DNA of 64,000 bases from NCBI GenBank assembly GCA_015520485.1, contig WAPX01000053.1, forward strand, positions 27,336 through 91,335, given 5' to 3'. Source of the stretch: Archaeoglobaceae archaeon (GTDB lineage Archaea > Halobacteriota > Archaeoglobi > Archaeoglobales > Archaeoglobaceae). The notes beneath the pieces are model-generated. The model did no database searches. It was given only the letters and a program-made list of their open reading frames with translations, and was not told where the DNA came from. The first letter of the stretch is position 1; each line of letters starts with the position of its first letter. This document shows positions 1 to 10,144 of the stretch, one piece after another. The position numbers were made by a program, and so were the translations under genes.

Positions 1-84
1 AAAACATGGAAAATAAGACCAAAATAAAACAAAATAAAGCAAAAAGCAAAACCAAAATTTAAAATGCTTCTTTAAAAACCCAGT

Positions 85-387
85 TCAGGCCTGCTTCCTG
101 TATTCTTCAAGAACTGCGTTTACTATCTTCTCTCTCGCTTCCTTACTTGCGGGATGGAATATGTCCTGAAAACTCCCATCCTTCAGCCTTCTACTCGGCA
201 TGCTTACCCAGAGGCCGTTATCCCCCTCAAGCACTTTCAAACCCTTAACAACAAACTCGTTGTCAAGGGACACAGACGCATAGGCTTTTACAGCCCCTTC
301 ACTCCTGGCTTTATATATTCTAACTTCCGTAATTTCTGCCAACTCAAACTCCTCCTTGCTCGTATTTCTACAAGGTAATGCGTTCAT
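85..387 (-). CDS. spoVG: SpoVG family protein
   Basis: 100 aa. Full-length resemblance to bacterial SpoVG (AYASVSLDNEFVVKGLKVLEGDNGLWVSMPSRR...DIFHP). Confidence 0.9.
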   Translation of the reverse strand: MNALPCRNTSKEEFELAEITEVRIYKARSEGAVKAYASVSLDNEFVVKGLKVLEGDNGLWVSMPSRRLKDGSFQDIFHPASKEAREKIVNAVLEEYRKQA

Positions 388-393
388 GTCTAT

Positions 394-804
394 TTAAGCT
401 TTGTTATTGGCAGTAATGAGTTTGAGCAGTATGAAAGCAACTATCAAACAGACCGAAATCTGAAGCAGTGCGGTGTTGAAGTCTGGCAATCCCCTGCTGT
501 ACAGCCATAACACACCATTTACAATGCAGACGACGAAGAAAGTTGCAAACGCTGAAAGAATTGCACCGCTCACGAAGAGGTACGGGACTTCTGCACCCCT
601 GTGCTCTAAGAGTATGGAAAAGAATATGTAAAACAATGCAAAGGCTATGGCGATGTACTGGGGATAAAAGAAGATTTTAAACGTCTTAAAAATACCGTAA
701 AGCCCGTAAGCCCAGAGCAGAAGTATTAAGCTCAGGACAAAAGATAGAGCAGAAGTTATCAACCATTTTCTGATCAGGCTGTCATCCTGAAAACCGTGCG
801 GCAT
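394..804 (-). CDS. hypothetical integral membrane protein
   Basis: 136 aa with about four hydrophobic helices. No recognisable catalytic motif. Confidence 0.5.
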   Translation of the reverse strand: MPHGFQDDSLIRKWLITSALSFVLSLILLLWAYGLYGIFKTFKIFFYPQYIAIAFALFYIFFSILLEHRGAEVPYLFVSGAILSAFATFFVVCIVNGVLWLYSRGLPDFNTALLQISVCLIVAFILLKLITANNKA

Positions 805-843
805 GAACAGCAGTCAAAGCGACCATATTAAATGTTTAGCGTT

Positions 844-1803
844 TTATATGCTTTCAAGCAACCTCAGCACCTCTTTATTTCGGCCAACGTAATTTCTCAG
901 GAGAAATGTTGTCATGTATTCTACCATTATCAGAAGTTTTTCCTTGCTTTCGCAATCCTCAAAAGATGACAGTGCGTTTCTGCTCCTTTCGGTGTGTTTC
1001 CTTATGTGCTCAAGTGTTTTTGCGACTGCCTCCTCAAATCCGTATTTTTCTTCATATATCATCGGTAAAGTTCTCGATTCAAATTCGGATTTTTTATCTT
1101 CAAGAATTTCGAGATACTCTAACAGGTCGTCAACAAGCTGGTAGGCAATTCCAAGGTTGTTTCCGTATTCGTACATCCTCTCAACGTCTTTTCTATCGCC
1201 ACTCACAATTTTGCAGGCACTTTCAGCGCTGAAAGCAAAAAGAGAAGCTGTTTTTGATTCAATACATTTAAAATATTCTTTTTCGTCAAAATCTGGAGTT
1301 TTAATACTGTAAACGTCAAGAATTTCTCCTTCTGCCATCAGCATACCTATTCTCGCAAAATCACTTATTACCTCCTCCCCGTAAGAGGACACGAGTTCTA
1401 TGGACTTCGAAATCAGCCAGTCTCCGACGAGGATCGCTACAGCCGTGTCGTACTTTACGTGCAGGGTCTCAACGTTTCTCCTCATTACGCCCTTATCGAT
1501 CACATCGTCGTGAGCCAGACTTGCCGTGTGAATTAACTCTACTGCCAGAGCTATGTTAAGCACGTCCTCCCAGCTTCCACCGCACAGCTTGCCACTGAGA
1601 AGAGTGATGACGGGTCTCGTCCTCTTTCCTCCAGCACTTATTATGTGTTTCAGAGCGGATTTAACTTCGCCAATCGATTCAACATCGTTTACAAGGTCAC
1701 TCAGAGCTTTATTGATAACCGCGTACTCAACCCAGCTCTCAATCATTTGAATTTCCTCTCCTCTTTTGTTTAAACAGTTTACTAAATGTTGCCACCCTGA
1801 CAT
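844..1803 (-). CDS. polyprenyl (geranylgeranyl-type) diphosphate synthase
   Basis: Two Asp-rich trans-prenyltransferase motifs, LAHDDVIDKG and YQLVDDLLE. The true start is probably the internal MIESW at nt 1746. Confidence 0.9.
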   Translation of the reverse strand: MSGWQHLVNCLNKRGEEIQMIESWVEYAVINKALSDLVNDVESIGEVKSALKHIISAGGKRTRPVITLLSGKLCGGSWEDVLNIALAVELIHTASLAHDDVIDKGVMRRNVETLHVKYDTAVAILVGDWLISKSIELVSSYGEEVISDFARIGMLMAEGEILDVYSIKTPDFDEKEYFKCIESKTASLFAFSAESACKIVSGDRKDVERMYEYGNNLGIAYQLVDDLLEYLEILEDKKSEFESRTLPMIYEEKYGFEEAVAKTLEHIRKHTERSRNALSSFEDCESKEKLLIMVEYMTTFLLRNYVGRNKEVLRLLESI

Positions 1804-1909
1804 TTTTCGATAGGTTTTCCAAGCAGCTCATTATTTGCCAATAAAAATTTTATGCTGTTTTGAGGTTTGCCAAATTTGCAATTCACTCCGTAACTTACTC
1901 GACAGTCAA

Positions 1910-2953
1910 TCATTCAAAGACCCTCAGGATATTATAAAAAGTGTTTCTTTCCGCTGGCTTTTTTCCAGCTCCCCTTATAATCCACATGAGCTTTTCCACG
2001 GGCATGTATAATGGGGTTCTCGCTCCCGCAGCATGTGTTACCCTCTCCTCAATTAAAGTTCCGTCAACGTCGTTGGCGCCGTAGCAGAGGGCAACACTCG
2101 CAAGCCTTTCCCCCATCATAACCCAGTAGGCTCTCACGCTCCTGAAGTTGTTCAGGACAATTCTTGAAACAGCTATCGTCTTCAAAATGTCAACCGGATC
2201 AGTTCTTCTTGTAACGAGACCCATCTCCTTCAGCTTTGTGTTTTCTGGGTGAAATACGAGAGGTATGAACGCTATAAAACCTCCCGTTTTCTCCTGAAGT
2301 TTCCAGAGCCTGTACAGGTGTTTTGCTCTGTGCCTATAGTTTTCCACGTGGCCAAAGAGCATCGTTGCATTGCTTTTTATTCCGAGTTCGTGGGCTTTTT
2401 TCATCACCCCAAGCCACTCATCCGCGTTAGCTTTGTTTGGACATATCTTCGCCCTTATATCGTTGTCGAGTATCTCCGCCCCTCCACCGGGCATCGCCTG
2501 CAGACCCGCTTTTTTCAACCTGTCAAGCACTTCCTCAACGCTCGTTTTTTCGATTTTACTCAAAAAGTGAACTTCCGTTGCCGTCAAGGCTTTTATCACG
2601 ACGCCGGGAAACCTGCTCTTTATCGCTTTGAACATTTCTTCAAAGTACTCTATACTCACCTCAGGGTTGTGCCCCCCAACTATGTGCAGCTCCGTTGCCC
2701 CGAGTTTTACTGCCTCTTCAGCTTTTTTCAGAACCTCCTCCACGCTCATCAGGTAACCTTCTTCTTTATTTTTGTGAAAGGCACACAAGGGGCATTTTGA
2801 AACGCACACATCGGTGTAGTTTATGTGCCGGTTCACGACAAAAGTCACGATATCGCTGTTGAGAGAATCCGCAAGAGTTCCAAGCTCGTGGAGATCGCTG
2901 TGGAAAAGCTCTTCAATCTCCTTAATGCCCCAATTTTCCTGCACTTCCAGCAT
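1910..2953 (-). CDS. radical SAM enzyme, MqnC/MqnE (futalosine menaquinone pathway)/CofH-like family
   Basis: CVSKCPLCAF (CxxxCxxC) cluster motif after NYTDVC. A GATELHIVGG TIM-barrel segment and a C-terminal GANDVDGT motif are typical of the MqnC/MqnE/CofH clade. Adjacent to a prenyl synthase. Confidence 0.75.
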   Translation of the reverse strand: MLEVQENWGIKEIEELFHSDLHELGTLADSLNSDIVTFVVNRHINYTDVCVSKCPLCAFHKNKEEGYLMSVEEVLKKAEEAVKLGATELHIVGGHNPEVSIEYFEEMFKAIKSRFPGVVIKALTATEVHFLSKIEKTSVEEVLDRLKKAGLQAMPGGGAEILDNDIRAKICPNKANADEWLGVMKKAHELGIKSNATMLFGHVENYRHRAKHLYRLWKLQEKTGGFIAFIPLVFHPENTKLKEMGLVTRRTDPVDILKTIAVSRIVLNNFRSVRAYWVMMGERLASVALCYGANDVDGTLIEERVTHAAGARTPLYMPVEKLMWIIRGAGKKPAERNTFYNILRVFE

Positions 2954-2957
2954 ACAA

Positions 2958-3887
2958 TCAACCCCGTTTCGAGTTTATTTTCTCAATCTCGTCTCTGATT
3001 TCGTCTTTCAGCTTTTTAATTTCTTCTCTCGTTCTCTTAACCTCCTTTCTCAGCTCAACGTTTCCCCTGTACAGTAAATCCGTAATCGTTCCGAACACTA
3101 TGACCTGCAGTCCCAGAATTATGAGTAACGCAGTCAGTATCGCCAGTAAATAGTGTGTTACGTGCCTGAACCAGTCCCTTATCACGTAAATACCCACGCC
3201 AACACCAGTAGCCATCATGGCAAGGCCTATGAAGTAAAAGTACCTGCCGGGACTGTACTTTTTTAGCAGGTCGTATATGGCCATTCCAATTCTCAACCCG
3301 TCTTTGAAAGGGTTCAGCTTTGTTCTTCCACCTCTCTTTCTGTAGGTTATGGGAACTTCAACTATGCGAAAACCCTTTGCTATAGTTTCAACCGTCAGCT
3401 CCGTTTCCACCTCAAATCCGGACTTTTCGAGGTCAACGCTCTTGTAAAGGTCTTTCGTTAAAGCTCTGTATCCCGAAAGTATGTCGTGAAGCTCCACTCC
3501 GTAAACAACCCTGAATATAAAATTTATTATTTTATTTCCGATCAGGTTAAGTCTCGTGAAAGCGCCCTTCTCGAAGTTGGCAAACCTGTTACCGACAACG
3601 TGATCGGCGAAGTTCCTCTTTATCGGTTCGAGAAGCACGTTCACTTCTTCTGGCAGGTAAGTGCCATCTCCGTCAATTATCACGACCACCGGCGAGTCGA
3701 TAATACTGAAAGCTTCCTTTATAGCCCTTCCCTTTCCTTTCCCCGTCTGAATTAACACTCTCGCACCGAGCCTTTCGGCTATCTCCCTTGTTCTGTCCGT
3801 GCTGTTTCCGTCGATGACGAGAATGTTGTGAAATCCCTGCTTTAAAAAACCCTCGACTACCTCACCAATCGTCGCCTCTTCATTCAA
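2958..3887 (-). CDS. family 2 glycosyltransferase (dolichyl-phosphate sugar synthase-like) with C-terminal membrane anchor
   Basis: GT-A motifs DGNSTDRT and DGDGTY (DxD), two C-terminal TM helices and a charged coiled tail. Confidence 0.85.
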   Translation of the reverse strand: MNEEATIGEVVEGFLKQGFHNILVIDGNSTDRTREIAERLGARVLIQTGKGKGRAIKEAFSIIDSPVVVIIDGDGTYLPEEVNVLLEPIKRNFADHVVGNRFANFEKGAFTRLNLIGNKIINFIFRVVYGVELHDILSGYRALTKDLYKSVDLEKSGFEVETELTVETIAKGFRIVEVPITYRKRGGRTKLNPFKDGLRIGMAIYDLLKKYSPGRYFYFIGLAMMATGVGVGIYVIRDWFRHVTHYLLAILTALLIILGLQVIVFGTITDLLYRGNVELRKEVKRTREEIKKLKDEIRDEIEKINSKRG

Positions 3888-3957
3888 AGTGGGAATTAAT
3901 ATGCATACGTCATCCTTCGTCAGCTCGGAGTTTAGCAGAACCTTTCCCCCTCGCAGT

Positions 3958-4545
3958 TCAAAGTCTGATTATCCTGAAAACACTCAACACGGGTATTCCG
4001 GCTATTCTGTCCCTGCTCTGCTTGTCAACGATAACGCAGGCACACTGTATTTTCGCCTCTCTCTTTTTAGCGTAAGCCGCAACGTCCTCTATGGTTCTAC
4101 CTGTTGATATTACGTCGTCAACAACGACGCACTTCTTACCGTCAATTCTTGCAAAATTTTCACTTATTACTCCTTCAAGCCTTTCCTCCTCTTCCTGCTC
4201 CCACTTCAGCTTTTTGGGGTAGAATATGGCTAAGGAGCAGCCAAGTTCTTCAGCAACAAGGGTGGCGAGAGGGACACCACTCGTAGCAACGCCTATTACA
4301 ACCTGCGGGCTCGTAACCTCCTCAATCATGTCAACCATAATAGACGCTATGTGACCCATTCTCTCTCCATTCATGGCTATGCTACTCCATGAAACGTATA
4401 TATCGGCTGGAGAAACGTCACCCTGAGTTAAAAGCCACATCGCCGTCTCTCTCGAGACGTTGAGCTCATCTGCTATTTCTCCCGTTGTAAGACCTTTCTC
4501 CTTTAATTTTTTCGCTCTCTGCACGAGATCTTCAAGTTTTCTCAC
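3958..4545 (-). CDS. gfcR: PyrE-like (orotate phosphoribosyltransferase-like) protein with N-terminal HTH, GfcR-type regulator
   Basis: N-terminal HTH (GLTTGEIADELNVSRETAMW) fused to a PRTase fold with PRPP loop VVVDDVISTGRT. Confidence 0.75.
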   Translation of the reverse strand: MRKLEDLVQRAKKLKEKGLTTGEIADELNVSRETAMWLLTQGDVSPADIYVSWSSIAMNGERMGHIASIMVDMIEEVTSPQVVIGVATSGVPLATLVAEELGCSLAIFYPKKLKWEQEEEERLEGVISENFARIDGKKCVVVDDVISTGRTIEDVAAYAKKREAKIQCACVIVDKQSRDRIAGIPVLSVFRIIRL

Positions 4546-5005
4546 GCTTGACCCTCCTTAAAACGACTTCACTACCACAAACGGGGCAGACATCTCCATC
4601 GACTCTTCTTCCACACCCCTTACAGACTTTAACCCATTTAAATGCTTTGGATATTCCCGGCTGGACTACTACCTCTACCTGTATACCAAGAGTTCTCGCC
4701 ACATTCTGAATAGAGTAATCGTCGGTAACGAGAACTGCTTTTCTTAAATTGGCGAGTTCAAGAGCTTTTGCCAGAACCTTAATATCGGTTTCGGAGAGCT
4801 TGTAGATGTCTCCCGTTTTCTTCGCCGCACTGATAACTCTCGAAATGTACGGTTCTTTCGCCTCCTCCACCCTGACGTCTTTCAGAGAGAAGTAAAGTCT
4901 CGACTCATCATCTAATATCTCGTCAACTACCTCCGGCACTGTTACAGCTTCGCCATGAACCTTTCTCAGGAATACCGCCGGGGAATCTATAACGTAAACC
5001 ACCAC
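4532..5005 (-). CDS. nob1: archaeal Nob1-like endonuclease (PIN domain + zinc ribbon)
   Basis: 157 aa. N-terminal PIN-like fold (VIDSPA..., VLVTDDYSIQN) and a C-terminal CKGCG-x8-CPVCG ribbon. Confidence 0.7.
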   Translation of the reverse strand: MVVYVIDSPAVFLRKVHGEAVTVPEVVDEILDDESRLYFSLKDVRVEEAKEPYISRVISAAKKTGDIYKLSETDIKVLAKALELANLRKAVLVTDDYSIQNVARTLGIQVEVVVQPGISKAFKWVKVCKGCGRRVDGDVCPVCGSEVVLRRVKREKT

Positions 5006-5052
5006 ACCAGTAAGTCGTTGCAGAGGTAGAAAAACATTTATGTTGATTTGTT

Positions 5053-6546
5053 ATGACGGTGTCGATGTTCAGCAAGATTCTCGTTGCCAACAGGGGAGAA
5101 ATAGCTGTAAGAGTTATGAGAGCTTGTAAAGAGCTCAACATAAAAACAGTTGCCATTTACAGCACAGCCGATAAGCGTGCTTTTCACAGAGTTTATGCAG
5201 ATGAAGCTTATCTGATTGGCAAGGCTGAGGCGAAGGACAGCTACCTGAACATGGACAGGATAATTGAAGTCGCAAAGAAGTGCGGCGCTGAAGCGATACA
5301 TCCGGGATATGGTTTTCTGGCTGAAAATGCCGAATTTGCGAGGAGGTGCGAGGAGGAGGGAATCAAATTCATAGGGCCGAGACCGGAGACGATAGAGGCC
5401 ATGGGTTCGAAGCTCAACGCAAGAAAGCTCATGAGCGAGGCGGGAGTTCCGGTCGTGCCGGGAAGTCCGGAGCTCAGAAGCCTAGAAGATGCAAAGGAGT
5501 GGGCTGAAAAAATAGGGTACCCGGTAGCGGTAAAGGCGTCTGGAGGTGGAGGAGGAATAGGAATATCCATAGCATGGAACGAAAACGAGATAGAAAAAGC
5601 CTACAACAGGTCGAGAACCCTTGGAGAGAAGTACTTCAGGGATCCGGCTGTTTACATCGAGAAGTACCTGCCGAAGCCGAGACACATAGAGTTTCAGATT
5701 CTGGCAGATGAACACGGAAATGTAATACACCTCGGAGAGAGGGACTGCAGCATTCAGAGGAGACACCAGAAATTGGTTGAGGAGGCCCCCTCTCCAGTCG
5801 TAAGCGAGGAGGAAAGGGAAAGGATGGGCAAAATAGCAGTTAAGGGTGCGAAGCACATAAAATACGCAAATGCCGGAACGATGGAGTTTCTGTACTACGA
5901 CGGGAAGTTCTACTTCCTCGAGATGAACACAAGAATTCAGGTAGAGCATCCGGTAACGGAGATGATAACCGGAATAGACCTCGCGAAATACCAGATAAAA
6001 ATAGCCTATGGAGAGGAACTCGAACACTCTCAGGAAGACGTGAGGTTTATGGGGCACGCAATAGAGTGCAGAGTTTACGCCGAAGACCCCGTTACCTTCA
6101 TGCCGAAGACCGGGATAATCGTCCACTACAGAAGTCCCGGTGGTATAGGCGTAAGGGTTGATAGCGGAGTCTTCATGGGTTGCGAGATAACCCCGTACTA
6201 CGACCCGATGATTTCGAAGCTCATAGTCTGGGGAAACGATAGAAGTGAGGCTGTTAGCAGGCTGAGAAGGGCACTTTACGGATACATAATTGACGGGGTT
6301 GAAACGAATTTACCCCTGCACATGGCAATAGCGAACGATGAAGCGTTTTTGAGAGGAGAAACGCACACCAAATTCCTTGAAGAGAGGAACATTGCAGAGA
6401 AGGTCAGGGCAATAGCTGAGAATTACGCACCTCTGAAGAAGAGAATGGCTGAAGTCTTCTGGACGGCTGAGCTGACGAATGAAGAACTCATAGCTGCAAC
6501 TCTCGCCGCTCTCTGCTACATAAAGGCAAAGGGGAAGGTTAGCTGA
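5053..6546 (+). CDS. accC: biotin carboxylase (acetyl-CoA/pyruvate carboxylase subunit A)
   Basis: ATP-grasp hallmarks: [17 protein letters not shown], a GGGGGIGI loop, [14 protein letters not shown]. The 497-aa size fits archaeal PycA. No BCCP or carboxyltransferase gene is adjacent. Confidence 0.92.
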   Translation: MTVSMFSKILVANRGEIAVRVMRACKELNIKTVAIYSTADKRAFHRVYADEAYLIGKAEAKDSYLNMDRIIEVAKKCGAEAIHPGYGFLAENAEFARRCEEEGIKFIGPRPETIEAMGSKLNARKLMSEAGVPVVPGSPELRSLEDAKEWAEKIGYPVAVKASGGGGGIGISIAWNENEIEKAYNRSRTLGEKYFRDPAVYIEKYLPKPRHIEFQILADEHGNVIHLGERDCSIQRRHQKLVEEAPSPVVSEEERERMGKIAVKGAKHIKYANAGTMEFLYYDGKFYFLEMNTRIQVEHPVTEMITGIDLAKYQIKIAYGEELEHSQEDVRFMGHAIECRVYAEDPVTFMPKTGIIVHYRSPGGIGVRVDSGVFMGCEITPYYDPMISKLIVWGNDRSEAVSRLRRALYGYIIDGVETNLPLHMAIANDEAFLRGETHTKFLEERNIAEKVRAIAENYAPLKKRMAEVFWTAELTNEELIAATLAALCYIKAKGKVS

Positions 6547-6610
6547 CTTCATCATCAACTTAACAATTCAATTTTTATGCCTTCGGGTAAAATTGGATTG
6601 GTGAAAGAAA

Positions 6611-8320
6611 ATGTACATAATTATTGCGGGGGAGGAAGCTGGACCCGTATCAAACAAGCTCGGCGGAGTATGGAACGTAATAGATGCTGAAGCTAGGCAC
6701 ATGTGTGGAATTGCGAAAGACGAGATCGTCGTTGTGGGTCCTTTTTTCGAAAGAATAGGTCAGGACTGGAGTCCAAAAAACAGAATCACAAAAGACCACT
6801 TTCCATTGAAAGTAAGTGAGGAAATAGAGGAAGCAGCGAAAAAAGTTGGAATACCTTACGTTGCCGGAAGAACTGAAGTAAAGCGCAGATGCGGGGGTGA
6901 GGAGAGAAGCTGTTACCTGAACTACGTTCTCTTCAACGTCGAGTACTGTCTGACGAAACAGGTGGAGTACGACGGACAGAAAATGAGGCTAAGCGATGCC
7001 GTTAAGGCTGAGGCTTACAAACTCGTGGGACTCGACTCGCTTCTCTACGAATCTCAGAATTACGGGAGGGAGTACACGCACTACCTGAATTTGAGCTACG
7101 CAGTTTCGGAGTTTGCAAGACATCTCAACGAGTTCGGGGAAACCGCAATGCACTGTCATGAGTATCCTGTATTCTACGCTGCTGCAAGGCTCGAAAAACT
7201 GAAAATTCCAATCAGAACTGTTGTTACCTTTCATGCCACGAAAATTGGAAGGACGCTTGGAGCAAAGGTTTTCGAAAAAATAAGGAAGAACGACCCGACA
7301 ATACCTTCGGGAGTGCAGGAAGGATTCGTCGAGCTTGAAAAACTTGCGAAATATGCGGATACTGTAACGTTCGTCAGCGATAAAACGAGAACTGAGGCAA
7401 GGCTTTTCTACGGCGTTGACGGCATAGTTATAAGGAACGGAATAGACGTTTGCTGTGAAGCTATAGACTGGGAGTTCAAGGACAGGTGCCTCAGGAAAAT
7501 AAGGTACAGTCTCGCAAAAAAACTGAAGGACGTTTACGGTTACGAAATCGATGAAGAAAGCATCGTTCCAGTTTACACAATTTCGAGACTTGAGCTTGAG
7601 AATAAAGGTTATCCCGATCTGCTCGACTCTCTCGTAATACTCGACAGAATACTCACCAACAGAATAAACAACGGGGAAATAGACGAGGTAAAAGTAGTCT
7701 GTCTTCTGATTACGGCTCTCGGAAGAAAAGACCCACAATCCCTGCCCGAAGGTTTTCCGGTTGATTTACCGGAGGACATACTCATAGGGGATGAGCTAAG
7801 GCTCAAGAAAATGGTGGAGGAGAGAAATATAGACGTATCAAAAATCGGTAAGAGGAGCGTTTGTGCCCTGCCCTATCCTCAGTGGGTTGGCAGAGATGAC
7901 GGTGGATTTGGCATGACCATAGATGAGATTGCTGCTGGCTGCGTTGCTGGCATTTTCCCTTCTCGTTACGAACCCTTCCTGCTAACAGCTCTGGAGGCGT
8001 GCAGAGAAGCCTGTCCGGTAGTCATAAGTTCTGCCTGTGGATTCAGCGGTGCCGTGAAGGAACTCCACAAAGAAAAAGGGATATTTGGAGGAGTTATCTT
8101 AGTTGACAACATAAACCAGAGCCACCTCGAAGTAATAACGGATTACGCTTTTGGACTGCACGTAATAGTGGATGCCTTCATGAGGGACAGAGTGAAGGAC
8201 AGAATGATGTGCTCAACCGCTTTCGTCCTCGCATGCGAGATGAGTTGGGAAGAGCCCGTCAGAAATTACTACGAGATCCTCAAGGGCTTTAAAGAGAGGC
8301 CAGACCTGTCTTCTGATTAA
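6611..8320 (+). CDS. eukaryote-type (GT3-like) glycogen synthase homologue
   Basis: The N-terminal NKLGGVWNV and HEYPV...TFHATKIGRTL segments resemble the KVGGIYTV and HEW...THATLLGR segments of GT3 glycogen synthases. 569 aa. Confidence 0.6.
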   Translation: MYIIIAGEEAGPVSNKLGGVWNVIDAEARHMCGIAKDEIVVVGPFFERIGQDWSPKNRITKDHFPLKVSEEIEEAAKKVGIPYVAGRTEVKRRCGGEERSCYLNYVLFNVEYCLTKQVEYDGQKMRLSDAVKAEAYKLVGLDSLLYESQNYGREYTHYLNLSYAVSEFARHLNEFGETAMHCHEYPVFYAAARLEKLKIPIRTVVTFHATKIGRTLGAKVFEKIRKNDPTIPSGVQEGFVELEKLAKYADTVTFVSDKTRTEARLFYGVDGIVIRNGIDVCCEAIDWEFKDRCLRKIRYSLAKKLKDVYGYEIDEESIVPVYTISRLELENKGYPDLLDSLVILDRILTNRINNGEIDEVKVVCLLITALGRKDPQSLPEGFPVDLPEDILIGDELRLKKMVEERNIDVSKIGKRSVCALPYPQWVGRDDGGFGMTIDEIAAGCVAGIFPSRYEPFLLTALEACREACPVVISSACGFSGAVKELHKEKGIFGGVILVDNINQSHLEVITDYAFGLHVIVDAFMRDRVKDRMMCSTAFVLACEMSWEEPVRNYYEILKGFKERPDLSSD

Positions 8321-8408
8321 TTTTTAAAGTTTATACAAGTTTTTTAAAAAATTTTCATCCTGTTCATCTGCTCAGAAAAATTTTTTAATCAGACAGGTAA
8401 GGGCGGTT

Positions 8409-9488
8409 ATGCATTCAATTCCACCAAATCCAGTGCTGCCCGTAACCACAGGTCTGTCAATTATCTTCCTCTTGGTGCTGATTCTCCCGTTCAGGGTGAA
8501 AAAAATCGAGGAAAACTTAGAGATATTCTTTCTCATTATGGGTATTTCCGCAGTAACGATTTCCGGCCTGTGGAGCAAAGAGATAGTGATAGATGCGATA
8601 AGAGACCCGGTGAGCATAGGAGGGACCCCTATTGGAATATTTCAGGTCGTGCTCGTTGCGGGAATACTCATATACAGGTATAACGAAGTAATATACAAAA
8701 GCATAATAAATCTGATGAATAGGATTGGTATAAGACCTTTCGTCTTCGGTATGATTCTGGTTTTGAGCGTAGTTTCGAGCGTAATATCCGTAATAGTCTC
8801 GGCAGTAATTCTTTCAGAGGTAATAGCGGCAATGCCCGTGGACCGGGACAGAAAGGTAAAGATAACTGTTGTTACCTGCTTTGCCGTCGGTCTCGGTGCA
8901 GCTTTAACTCCTGTTGGAGAGCCTCTCGCCACCATAGCCATATCAAAGCTTAAGGGAGCACCATACCATGCAGACTTCTTCTTCCTTTTGAGATTGCTTG
9001 CCGACCTCGTAATCCCTGGAATAATCGGCATGGCTCTGCTTGGAGCTTACTACGCCAGTAAGGCTGAGGTGGTTGAAGCTGAGTTACCGGAATACACGGA
9101 AACCTTCAGAACCGTTATTTTAAGAGCTTTTAAAGTTTACACGTTCGTGGCCGCTTTAGTGCTGCTCGGCAGGGGTTTAACGCCCCTCGTGGTGTGGTAC
9201 TTCACGAAGATACCGCCAGAAGTTCTGTTCTGGGTGAACATGATTTCCGCAATACTCGACAACGCGACCCTGACAGCTGCTGAAATAGCGCCGGTAATGA
9301 GTCTGACTCAGATAAAGAGTGCTTTAATGGGTTTGCTCGTCTCGGGAGGTATGCTCATCCCCGGAAACATACCAAACATAATCTCAGCCGGAAGGTTGAG
9401 AATAAAAAGCGGAGAGTGGGCAAAAATAGGAGTTCCACTTGGCATTCTGATGATGTTCGTTTACTTCGCAGTGCTGTTTTTTATTTAA
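8409..9488 (+). CDS. polytopic membrane permease, DUF1646/ArsB-NhaD (IT superfamily)-like
   Basis: 359 aa with about 10 TM segments. The LDNATLTAAE and GNIPNII motifs are reminiscent of ion-transporter superfamily permeases. Confidence 0.5.
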   Translation: MHSIPPNPVLPVTTGLSIIFLLVLILPFRVKKIEENLEIFFLIMGISAVTISGLWSKEIVIDAIRDPVSIGGTPIGIFQVVLVAGILIYRYNEVIYKSIINLMNRIGIRPFVFGMILVLSVVSSVISVIVSAVILSEVIAAMPVDRDRKVKITVVTCFAVGLGAALTPVGEPLATIAISKLKGAPYHADFFFLLRLLADLVIPGIIGMALLGAYYASKAEVVEAELPEYTETFRTVILRAFKVYTFVAALVLLGRGLTPLVVWYFTKIPPEVLFWVNMISAILDNATLTAAEIAPVMSLTQIKSALMGLLVSGGMLIPGNIPNIISAGRLRIKSGEWAKIGVPLGILMMFVYFAVLFFI

Positions 9489-9548
9489 GTACATGGTTCA
9501 GGCAACTGTGGCAAGGTATTTATCACGCTGAGGCAAAAAAACTGAACA

Positions 9549-10103
9549 ATGAAAGTAAAAATTTTTATTTTGATTCTCTTAGCGCTTCTCGCCGGTTGTG
9601 TTCAGAGTGGTCAGGTAAAAGGTACAGGTAACGCCGGTAAAGCGAATAGAGCAAACACGTCCAGCAATACCAGCGAAAAACTCGAGGTTTTCTTCTACTA
9701 CGAAAACGGCTGTCCGAACTGCAGGATGATTGAACCGTACATGAAGCTGCTAAAAAAAGAGCTCGTAAACGTGGACTTTCACTTCTGCAACTGGGATGAC
9801 CACAAGAACTGGAGTGGCATGGAAAAGGAGGTTTATTCAGAGGTAAACCCCTACGGTTTTCCCGCTGTGGTCGTCGTTAACAAAACCAGAAAAAACGTTT
9901 TCATAGGCTGGAAGGACATAGGCCTAAACTTCACCGCATACCTAAAAAAGCTGGGCTTTCGAACGCCAAGGGTATTCTACAACAGAACGCCCTACAACGT
10001 CACGGAATGTCTGAACTGCCACGCAAAAAGACACATTAAACCTCCAAGCAGGTACAGCTGCACGTACTGCTGTCACATGTCCCGCATCAATTCGACGTCA
10101 TGA
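9549..10103 (+). CDS. thioredoxin-fold lipoprotein with C-terminal haem-binding motif(s)
   Basis: Lipobox-like signal LLALLAGC and a CPNC redox motif (aa 55-58). CLNCH (CxxCH, aa 154-158; nt 10008-10022) and CTYCCH (possible Cx3CH, aa 171-176). Confidence 0.6.
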   Translation: MKVKIFILILLALLAGCVQSGQVKGTGNAGKANRANTSSNTSEKLEVFFYYENGCPNCRMIEPYMKLLKKELVNVDFHFCNWDDHKNWSGMEKEVYSEVNPYGFPAVVVVNKTRKNVFIGWKDIGLNFTAYLKKLGFRTPRVFYNRTPYNVTECLNCHAKRHIKPPSRYSCTYCCHMSRINSTS

Positions 10104-10144
10104 GCAAAACATTTATTTGATTTTTTACTGCAGTGAATTTGTAC

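Noticed and set aside
6547-6610. GATGATGA on the - strand just after the biotin carboxylase stop
   Set aside because: No CTGA D/D' boxes occur at appropriate spacing downstream, so it is a chance occurrence.
5482-7738. Long antisense ORFs 5482-6126 (214 aa) and 6989-7738 (249 aa)
   Set aside because: They are shadow frames opposite the biotin carboxylase and GT3-like synthase genes. They have no motifs and an unnatural composition.
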